Assembly (NCBI RefSeq): GCF_003367075.2
Contig: NZ_CP065936.1
Location: 1,620,001-1,652,000, forward strand
Origin: Cylindrospermopsis raciborskii Cr2010
Lineage (GTDB): Bacteria; Cyanobacteriota; Cyanobacteriia; Cyanobacteriales; Nostocaceae
Direction: 5' to 3'
DNA: 32,000 nt
Position 1 is the first letter of the stretch. Each line of letters begins with the position of its first letter. Shown one piece after another: positions 1 to 7,706 of this stretch. The notes beneath the pieces are model-generated. The model worked only from the letters and a program-made list of their open reading frames with translations, had not been told where the DNA came from and did not search any database. The position numbers and the translations under genes were made by a program.

Positions 1-105
1 GATATTAAGGGAGATTACGCTTTAGTGAAGTTTGGTAAAGTGCCCACGCCAAATATTTGGTTGAAGCTAGACCAATTAACTATACAACAAGACGCGGCTT
101 CTTAG
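1..105 (+). CDS. 3' end of a truncated hypothetical protein (continues upstream of the window)
   Basis: Open frame from base 1: [34 protein letters not shown], stop TAG at 103-105; family not recognised. Confidence 0.55.
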   Translation, partial: DIKGDYALVKFGKVPTPNIWLKLDQLTIQQDAAS

Positions 106-116
106 TCTTATGTCAG

Positions 117-153
117 TTGTAGGAGGGTAAAAGTATAATTCAACCTCCTGCAA
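117..153. terminator. Hairpin between convergent genes, probable bidirectional terminator
   Basis: TTGTAGGAGG (117-126) pairs with CCTCCTGCAA (144-153), with one wobble, located between the convergent upstream CDS end and the hlyD-like gene end. Confidence 0.5.
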
Positions 154-176
154 TATGTTCAGAGATGACTAACCTG

Positions 177-1742
177 TTACCTTACTTCCTGCAAGCTCTC
201 AACTTGCTTAGTAAACATTTCCGTAAACAAACTCATAACGCTCCGTTCCTCACGCACTTTGATATTAGCAGTAATGGCCATACCAGACTGTAAAGGAATA
301 CTTCTACCTTGAGATTCCATAGCTTGTTTATCTAAACTAACTCGCGCTGGAAAGCGATAAAACTGATGGGTCTGGTCAGGAGGTAAAGCATCTGAACCGA
401 TATTAGTTACTTTACCTTTGATATCACCAAACTCACTAAAGGGGAACGAATCAATTCTCACATCCACCTTCATTCCCTCCTTCACAAATCCAATATCCTT
501 ATTGGTGATAAATACCTCCGCTATATATTTATCATTGGGGACAATCTGTAATAGCTTTTGGGTAGGATTGGCGACAAAACCGGGGTTTTTTGCTTGCATG
601 TCAAATATTATCCCTGATACGGGCGCACGCAGTTCTTGATATTTAACGTTTAATTTGGTTTGGGAAATTTTGCTACTAATATCTGCCAACTTCTGCTCAT
701 TGTCTAAAATTATTCTCATAAACTGGCTGTCTATTTCGGCAATGCGCTTCTTGTTAGTAGCAATTTCTTCCAAGACATTTTTGTCAGTCACTGCTATGGT
801 ATTGGTCACCTCTTGTTCTGCTCTTTGAATATCGAAGCCCAGGCGTTTTTCTTCTTCTTCTAACTGGGCTATTTCCGCTTTTAAATTTTGTACTTGTTGT
901 TGCTGATTGAGATATTGCAGTTGAGAAATTCCCCCCTCTTTGGCCAGGACTTCTACCCTATCTAAGATTCCTTGTTGAATGGACAGACTGTTTTGTGTGT
1001 CCTTTCTCTTAACTATTGTTTGAGACAGTTGCTTTCTAATTTTTTCTACCTCAAATTTAGCTGCATTAGAGCGAGATTCCAGCTCTTTTCTAGCTACAAT
1101 TAGTCTTTTTTGTTCATCAATTCCAACTCCTGTTTCTGGTCTGGAATTTCCCAATTGTGAACGTAACAGTTGGTTTTCTTCCACCAGAGAAATGCGACTT
1201 TTTAACAAAAATGCCGACTCTGCTGGTAGACTACCACCCAGAAAATTCAGTTCTGAGCTAATAGCACCGCTTGCATTCATCAAACGACGATAGATGTCAT
1301 TTTCCTTGATTAAAGCAGCACGAACTTTATTGAGGGCGCCCAGCTCAGCTAGGGTAGCAACGGATTCAAATGTTAATAATAGATCCCCTGGTTTCACCTC
1401 TTGTCCATCTTTGACATGAACAGACTTCACCACCCCACTAATGGGTGCTTGTACATCTTTTACCGTACCCTCTGGTTTTAATTGTCCTGTAGCGGGAACT
1501 ACTTGTTCAATTTTTGCATAATAAGCCCAACCCACTCCAAAACAGGCCACAAGCATCAAAGTAATCATGATTGTGCGTGACCAGATGGGTGATTGTCGTA
1601 AAACTATGGATTGTTCAAAGCTGTCTTGATAAGCATAACTTAAATTCCCTGCTTTGGCTTTTGATGGGGTTTGAAGCACTCCTATACTAGCTGGTTTGCC
1701 ATTACCATTGCCATTAGTTGGATGATCATTAAATTGACTCAT
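177..1742 (-). CDS. HlyD family secretion periplasmic adaptor (membrane fusion protein)
   Basis: 521 aa; single N-terminal TM, barrel-sandwich/lipoyl halves (GQLKPEGTVKDVQAPISGVVKSVHVKDGQEVKPGDLLLTFES; YQELRAPVSGIIFDM), long coiled coil; directly downstream of an ABC exporter. Confidence 0.93.
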   Translation of the reverse strand: MSQFNDHPTNGNGNGKPASIGVLQTPSKAKAGNLSYAYQDSFEQSIVLRQSPIWSRTIMITLMLVACFGVGWAYYAKIEQVVPATGQLKPEGTVKDVQAPISGVVKSVHVKDGQEVKPGDLLLTFESVATLAELGALNKVRAALIKENDIYRRLMNASGAISSELNFLGGSLPAESAFLLKSRISLVEENQLLRSQLGNSRPETGVGIDEQKRLIVARKELESRSNAAKFEVEKIRKQLSQTIVKRKDTQNSLSIQQGILDRVEVLAKEGGISQLQYLNQQQQVQNLKAEIAQLEEEEKRLGFDIQRAEQEVTNTIAVTDKNVLEEIATNKKRIAEIDSQFMRIILDNEQKLADISSKISQTKLNVKYQELRAPVSGIIFDMQAKNPGFVANPTQKLLQIVPNDKYIAEVFITNKDIGFVKEGMKVDVRIDSFPFSEFGDIKGKVTNIGSDALPPDQTHQFYRFPARVSLDKQAMESQGRSIPLQSGMAITANIKVREERSVMSLFTEMFTKQVESLQEVR

Positions 1743-1770
1743 AAGGTTCCTTGGGTTGGTTGAGTGATAA

Positions 1771-4700
1771 TTAGAGGTTGACTTCCTGTTGCTGGTAAAG
1801 GTAGGAATAGTGTCCTTTAGCAGTCATTAGTTCCTGATGACTACCCTGCTCCACCACTCTACCCCCATCCATAACTACAATCGTATCTGAATTACTGACG
1901 GTATTGAGACGATGGGTAATGAAGAAAACTGTCTTGCCACGAAATGCCTTGGCTAAATTTAAACATATTTGCCTTTCTGTGGGATAGTCTAGGGCACTTG
2001 TGGCTTCGTCTAAAACTAATATTTTAGGTTTTTGCAGTATGGAACGAGCAATGGCAATTCTTTGTCTTTGTCCTCCAGACAGGTTCGACCCTTTTTCCCC
2101 AACTTTGGTGTTATAACCATTGGACAGACCCATGATAAATTCATGAGCAACTGCTATTTGAGCTGCTTCTACCACTTCCTCTGTGGTAGCGTCAGGATTG
2201 GTTAGGGCTATATTATCGAATACTGTTCCATCAAATAACAGGGGATCTTGGGGAACCACGCCGATTTGTCTTCTGACGGAATAAAGCTCAACCTTGTTGA
2301 CATCGTAACCATCAATAAAAATTCTCCCAGACTCAATGTTATAAAGTCTGAGGAGTAATTTCATCATGGTGCTTTTTCCTGAGCCACTTTGTCCCACAAT
2401 CCCCACAAATGTGCCCGCTGGAAAATCTAAACTGACGTTATTTAGTTGCAGGGGTCCGTTAGTCGCAAAGCGGAAGCAAACATTTTCATATTTGACCGCA
2501 CCAACAACACTAGGTAGGGGAATATTATCTTTGTCTACTTCTGCTTCCTGAGGTGTGTCCACAATATCGCTCAATCTCTCTAAGGACAAACCTGTTTCTT
2601 GGAAGTTTTGCCAGATTTGCGCTAGTCTTAGTATGGGACTGGTAACATAACTAGAAATAATTCTAAAGGCAATTAATTCCCCTAGGGTTAATTCTCCTTG
2701 TAAAACTAAATAAGCTCCTACCCACAGCACTAACAAGCTACTTAGTTTATTCAGAAACTGACTGGTGGAATTGGCTAATGTTGATGTGATAACTGTTTTA
2801 AAACCTGCGGAAACAAACTTGGCATAACGCTCTTGCCAAGAAAAGCGCGATCGCAGTTCAATATTTTGGGCCTTTACCGTTTGAATACCAGACATTACCT
2901 CCACTAAATAGGACTGGGTAGTGGCATTGCGTTCTGCTTTGGTGCGCAATTGTCTGCTAACGGTAGGAGCAGCAATTAATGTAATCACGACAAAGAGGGG
3001 AATAGTTCCCAGTCCCACCAAAGTTAGTTCCCAACTATAAAACAGCATAACGACGATATAAACCACCGAAAATACTGCGTCTAGTCCAACTGTCAAAGCT
3101 GTTCCTGTGAGGAACTGGCGAATATTTTCCAACTCATTCACTCGAGTAGCTAATTCTCCCACGGGTCTGCGTTCAAAATAACGCAGTGGTAGTCTGAGTA
3201 AATGGTCAATAATTTGTGAACCTAAACCCATATCAATTCGGTTAGTGGTATCCACAAATAAATAGGTTCGTAAAGTAGTTAATATAGCTTCAAACACACC
3301 AACAGCTAATAGTAACACCCCCAAAACATTCAGGGTACTAATACTATTTTGTACTATGACTTTATCGATAATTAACTGAATAACCAGTGGATTTGCCAAT
3401 GCGGCCAGTTGTACAAAAAATGAAGCGATAAAGACTTCTATTAAAACCCGGCGGTAACGTGATAAGTAGGGGAGAAACCAACGTAGTCCAAAGCGTTCTT
3501 GAGGAGTTTCGGAGGTGGGACTAATCTGGAGGACTTTGATTTGAGGTTGTAGATTAGTATCATCGGTTGGTATTTGCTGTAGGAGTTTGCTGGGTTTATA
3601 GTTGATTATTCCCCGGGATGGAATAGCTACAACTATTCTATTTTCATCTGCTTCATAAACCACAGCGTAACCATCCTGGTGCTGGATAATAGCTGGTGTC
3701 TGAATCTCCGTAATTTTAGTGGCATCAATATCTACTAACTGGGATTTTAACCCAACGACTTCCCCCACATAGGCGCAAAGTTGAAAAGATACATTACCTT
3801 GGCGTTTAAGGTTATCACTTAAAATCCTACGAACTACCTCCTTACGCAGGGGAACCTGGAAATGTTTCGCCAGCATTTGAAAGCAAGCCAAGGTAGAATC
3901 TAGTTCATCTCGCCCCCCAAAAAAAGGATATTTCGGTTGTTTTTTTCTGGATTTTGCTTTTTTATTTTCCTGGGGGGAAAATTCTCCCTTTGTGGCAAAG
4001 GGAATATCTATAACATCTTTGGTTTCCCATGGATCTTCTATCTTTTCTAGTTCCCTATTCTCTTGTTGTTCCAACAACAATAACACTTGAGAACTAATAC
4101 CTAATAACCGGGCTGGACTTTTTCCTGTAACCTGTAAAACCTCTCGATTGTTGCTCGATAGTATCTGAGAATTCACAGGGAAATTTGTAATCTGACCACT
4201 ACTCACAAACCATGTTCTATCACTTTCTAGTTGGTCTAATGGAGTTTTTCCTGGTGGTAAATATTGGATTTTAGACTCTGGTAAAATATCTCGGGTTATA
4301 TCCTTCAAATTCAGATTTCCATAGGCTTTTTGAGCTACATGATGGCTGATCACATCAAAAACCTCTATGATGTGATTTTCTTCTTGGCGCTCCTTGCCAA
4401 AATCAGAGTTTTGAGAAAATACCGATAGATAATCTACGGGGTTCCAGGTTAAACATATTACCTCCGTTGAGGCGATCGCCGTTTCACATGCTATCTGTCG
4501 CAGGTAACTAATTTCGCCAATTACTGCTCCTGGTTCCAACATTTTGAGGGTAATTGGCAATTGGCTTTGGGGATGATATCCCAGGAGTCTCACCTTACCC
4601 TGGTAAACAATTACTATCCGTTCCGGTAGTTGTTCCTTACCGATAATTTTCTGACCCAACCGATAACGCAGGGCCTGTTGTTTTGACAATAAATGGTTAA

Positions 4701-4776
4701 TTTCCGTTGGGGATAATTTTTCAAACCCCGGAATTTTTTGCAGAAATTCCGAAAACTCCTGACTGCTGTAGTTCAT
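1771..4776 (-). CDS. ABC exporter: N-terminal cyclic-nucleotide-binding-like region, C39-like (degenerate) domain, TM domain, ATPase
   Basis: 1001 aa; Walker A GQSGSGKST, signature LSGGQRQR, Walker B ILVLDEATSALD; C39-like segment DELDSTLACFQMLAKHF...GYAVVYEADENRIVVAIPSRG; N-terminal cNMP-binding-like fold region. Confidence 0.93.
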   Translation of the reverse strand: MNYSSQEFSEFLQKIPGFEKLSPTEINHLLSKQQALRYRLGQKIIGKEQLPERIVIVYQGKVRLLGYHPQSQLPITLKMLEPGAVIGEISYLRQIACETAIASTEVICLTWNPVDYLSVFSQNSDFGKERQEENHIIEVFDVISHHVAQKAYGNLNLKDITRDILPESKIQYLPPGKTPLDQLESDRTWFVSSGQITNFPVNSQILSSNNREVLQVTGKSPARLLGISSQVLLLLEQQENRELEKIEDPWETKDVIDIPFATKGEFSPQENKKAKSRKKQPKYPFFGGRDELDSTLACFQMLAKHFQVPLRKEVVRRILSDNLKRQGNVSFQLCAYVGEVVGLKSQLVDIDATKITEIQTPAIIQHQDGYAVVYEADENRIVVAIPSRGIINYKPSKLLQQIPTDDTNLQPQIKVLQISPTSETPQERFGLRWFLPYLSRYRRVLIEVFIASFFVQLAALANPLVIQLIIDKVIVQNSISTLNVLGVLLLAVGVFEAILTTLRTYLFVDTTNRIDMGLGSQIIDHLLRLPLRYFERRPVGELATRVNELENIRQFLTGTALTVGLDAVFSVVYIVVMLFYSWELTLVGLGTIPLFVVITLIAAPTVSRQLRTKAERNATTQSYLVEVMSGIQTVKAQNIELRSRFSWQERYAKFVSAGFKTVITSTLANSTSQFLNKLSSLLVLWVGAYLVLQGELTLGELIAFRIISSYVTSPILRLAQIWQNFQETGLSLERLSDIVDTPQEAEVDKDNIPLPSVVGAVKYENVCFRFATNGPLQLNNVSLDFPAGTFVGIVGQSGSGKSTMMKLLLRLYNIESGRIFIDGYDVNKVELYSVRRQIGVVPQDPLLFDGTVFDNIALTNPDATTEEVVEAAQIAVAHEFIMGLSNGYNTKVGEKGSNLSGGQRQRIAIARSILQKPKILVLDEATSALDYPTERQICLNLAKAFRGKTVFFITHRLNTVSNSDTIVVMDGGRVVEQGSHQELMTAKGHYSYLYQQQEVNL

Positions 4777-4815
4777 ACTGATTAAGTGTAATTAAGTGCA
4801 GGGTTAGTCATTTAA

Positions 4816-5547
4816 TTAATTTTCTGACTCTTTAATTTGCCAGTTTTGGGGTGAAACTTGTGCTTGTAACCAGGACTGAAACCGCTCATTGAGCAACCTT
4901 TGGCGCATCCCATTATCTAACTGGGCGGGCAATAATTTTTCTAGCCGCACTATCACTATCCAATCTCCTATGGGGGTTGGTAGTGATAGCTGCTGGGGTT
5001 GACTTGTGGATAAAATTCTCACCAATAGTGGATGAAGAGACTGTAATTCCACTGGACCGACTAATCCGCCAGTTTGAGCTTCCGGTCCTTGAGAGTATTC
5101 CTGGGCAAGTTGGTTAAACGACTGCTCCCCTTCTTGAATACGAAAATATATTTCTTGGGCAATACCAATATCAGCAGTGGTAATTAGGGAGTATATAACC
5201 CTATCTAATTGGGGTTTACGTTGGTAAAAGTACGAGTCTATCTCTTTTGCCCAAGTCACCTCCTTAAACTTTTCGAGTTTTAGTTGACGAGTCGCCATAC
5301 TTTGTAACTGTTCTTGACTTATTCCCTGTTCTTTTTGTCCCTGATATTGTTGATTTAACTTTTCATAGGCCAATTGCTCCTCCTCCGGTGTAGAAGAAAT
5401 CTGGGCGATCGCCTGTTCTATAATCACCTCTTTAAGCAGTGGTGGTATTAATTGGTACTTATTCAATAATTTTAGTACTTCTGGGGCGGTCAGTGTATGA
5501 TAACTTTCCTGTCCAGAGACGTTGCCAAATTGTAGAACTGGATTCAT
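4816..5547 (-). CDS. Parvulin/PpiC-type peptidylprolyl isomerase
   Basis: 243 aa; FNQLAQEYSQGPEAQTGGLVGPVELQSLHPLLVRILSTSQPQQLSLPTPIGDWIVIVRLEKLLPA resembles the PpiC/parvulin domain; first gene of the putative operon with the ABC and HlyD genes. Confidence 0.85.
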   Translation of the reverse strand: MNPVLQFGNVSGQESYHTLTAPEVLKLLNKYQLIPPLLKEVIIEQAIAQISSTPEEEQLAYEKLNQQYQGQKEQGISQEQLQSMATRQLKLEKFKEVTWAKEIDSYFYQRKPQLDRVIYSLITTADIGIAQEIYFRIQEGEQSFNQLAQEYSQGPEAQTGGLVGPVELQSLHPLLVRILSTSQPQQLSLPTPIGDWIVIVRLEKLLPAQLDNGMRQRLLNERFQSWLQAQVSPQNWQIKESEN

Positions 5548-5839
5548 ATCATTAATATCAGCAGATTTACTTATGGTTGCAAAAATCAGCCCAAACTTTT
5601 TACCGCAAATTTATCTAAGTGTTAAGTTTATTGTCAGTTCATTGCATGATTTTACTCTCCAAATTATGTGTAGCCAAGTAGGTTTAGTGGGAAAAAAACA
5701 TATAGTCTGTCAATTTTAAGTAACAGATACACCAGTGTTTACAAAGCACTTCATCAACCTATCACAACTTAGGCAAATTGTCAGCTGGATTTGGCATTTT
5801 GGCAGAAAATACTGCGGCTAATCTTAAATAACTTCGTTT

Positions 5840-7375
5840 TTAACCGGGATAAAGACAAAAGGTATTACCACCACATCTTTTAGCTCCTATAAGTGCCTGA
5901 TTAGCAGTATTTAAGAGTTTTTGAACCGTAGACCTGGACCTGGGTAATGTACCAGTAATACCAAGGCTAAGTGAGACTTCTACCGTACCAACCACAGTTT
6001 GATGAAGATCATGGGCAAGACGCACGGTAGCATCCAAAGACATATTCGGCAATAGAACACCAAAGCTCCCCTGGTTATAGTAAGTAAAGCAACTAGGTGG
6101 GTAAATGTATTTACGTATAACTAAAGCAATTTGACGGAGATTAGAGCTATTTTTTGTTGTCCCTTGATTTACATCAAAGTTATCAATAGCACAAAAAATC
6201 AAACTTAATGGCAGACCATCAGAACTTAGCATTTGCCATTCTCGATTAAGAACAGCAAGGAAATCCTGGGGGTGAACCATATAGGGAACATCAGAAAAAA
6301 TGCTGAAATTGTGATTTGTTTTTTCTCTTTCTTGGGTAACTTCCCACTCTAAAGCATGGATGAGGGAATCAATTGCCTGAATGTCTACATTAGTCAAAGA
6401 TTCCTTCACCAGAATATTCTCCATTTTAGCGGCTAATTGGGAACATTGGGGGTAGCCGAAAGTACCTAAGCTACCGGACAAACTGTGGGTCATTCTCATC
6501 AGATATTGCTGTTGTTGACCATTAGTTATTTCTGTTTCCAATTTAACAAGTTCCGCTCTTATGTTCCCAATTTTATTGGATAAGGATATTTCAAATTCTG
6601 CCTTAACTTGTTCAATTAAATCCAGTTCTTCACCTATACTAGAATCTGTTATTGGTAAGCTTGTTTGGGTTGGTATAGTTTCTACCCGTTCTAATTCCCT
6701 TTTGCTTGTAAGACGATAGCCCAGTCCATGAACAGTTTCAATCACTTCCTCCTGCATCCCAGCTTTTTTAAGTTTCCCTCGCAGATCCTTAACCAAATTA
6801 GTCACTGCACCATCCGTAGGAGAATTATCTATTGACCATAATTTGTCTATGATCTGACCCCGGGTAAAGATTTTTTGTGGGTGGCGTAAAAATAATTCTA
6901 AAAGCTGAAATTCCCTGCGACTAAGGTTAATACTTAATTCATCATACTTTACTTCTATTAACTCAGGATTAAGTGAAAGCTTATTATGTATTAATGTAAT
7001 AAGACCAGGCTTAGCACCAATTCTTCTAGAGCAAGACCTAATTCGTGCCAGTAATTCATGAATACAGTATGGTTTAATCAAATAGTCATCCGCTCCAGCA
7101 TCTAGTCCGATAATAATATCTTCTTGTGTAGTTTTTGAGGTTACCATAATAATTTGACCTTGATAACCCTTATGGCGCAGCGTGTGACACAAACTTAGCC
7201 CATCTAATTTGGGCATAAGTATATCCAGTAGAATCAGGTCATAATTGAACTGATATCCCATTTCTAGACCCATTTCACCATCAGTAGCTATATCCACCAC
7301 ATAGCGATGGGCAACCAGTGAGGTTTTAACAAGTTGACATAGGGATGTATCATCATCTACGATCAGGATTTTCAT
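5840..7375 (-). CDS. Multidomain response regulator: REC - OmpR-type winged helix - HPt - degenerate GGDEF
   Basis: Start chosen at internal Met (MKILIVDDD). REC (ILIVDDDTSLCQ, DLILLDILMP, VTSKT, IKPY); wHTH (LSRREFQLLELFLRHP...VTNLVKDLRGKL...VHGLGYRL); HPt-like MTHSLSGSLGTFG; GGDEF-like CAIDNFDVNQ... with NQGSFGVLLP instead of GGDEF. Confidence 0.88.
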   Translation of the reverse strand: MKILIVDDDTSLCQLVKTSLVAHRYVVDIATDGEMGLEMGYQFNYDLILLDILMPKLDGLSLCHTLRHKGYQGQIIMVTSKTTQEDIIIGLDAGADDYLIKPYCIHELLARIRSCSRRIGAKPGLITLIHNKLSLNPELIEVKYDELSINLSRREFQLLELFLRHPQKIFTRGQIIDKLWSIDNSPTDGAVTNLVKDLRGKLKKAGMQEEVIETVHGLGYRLTSKRELERVETIPTQTSLPITDSSIGEELDLIEQVKAEFEISLSNKIGNIRAELVKLETEITNGQQQQYLMRMTHSLSGSLGTFGYPQCSQLAAKMENILVKESLTNVDIQAIDSLIHALEWEVTQEREKTNHNFSIFSDVPYMVHPQDFLAVLNREWQMLSSDGLPLSLIFCAIDNFDVNQGTTKNSSNLRQIALVIRKYIYPPSCFTYYNQGSFGVLLPNMSLDATVRLAHDLHQTVVGTVEVSLSLGITGTLPRSRSTVQKLLNTANQALIGAKRCGGNTFCLYPG

Positions 7376-7610
7376 AATCAAGATTAACAATTGAATTAAA
7401 CAAGACTTTTTGTTGGTTATATAGATCCGCCTATTATCCCTATGGTGATTTTACTTTACAGAAGTGCTCCCATTTTTAGTAATGGTTAATCAAAGTCACT
7501 AGCTGATCCCCAAATTATCCTAAATTTGCATCAATTTAATGCAACTAGCGTTTTAGTCGTTGTTAGTGCAAGTGTTTTAATTTCACCCGCTTTTGCAGTA
7601 GATCTGATTT

Positions 7611-7706
7611 AACACTACTCCTGCAGTAGTTTTTCAGGCTACCATAGAGAGGTTCAAGATACAAGGAAGCTGATTCATTCCGTGACCAATTTTTCGGATT
7701 ATCTCT
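7611..7706 (+). repeat. Leader repeat copy A upstream of kinase 1
   Basis: AACACTACTCCTGCAGTAGTTTTTCAGGCTACCATAGAGAGGTTCAAGATACAAG...TCGGATTAT...ATG; related to copies at 10490 and 13368. Confidence 0.65.

Noticed and set aside
418-639. Small ORFs opposite confirmed genes (418-639, 2366-2551, 21578-21766, 22471-22743, 24138-24338, 25680-25943, 29334-29585, 30261-30542)
   Set aside because: All are shadow ORFs inside strongly supported coding sequences, without signal of their own.
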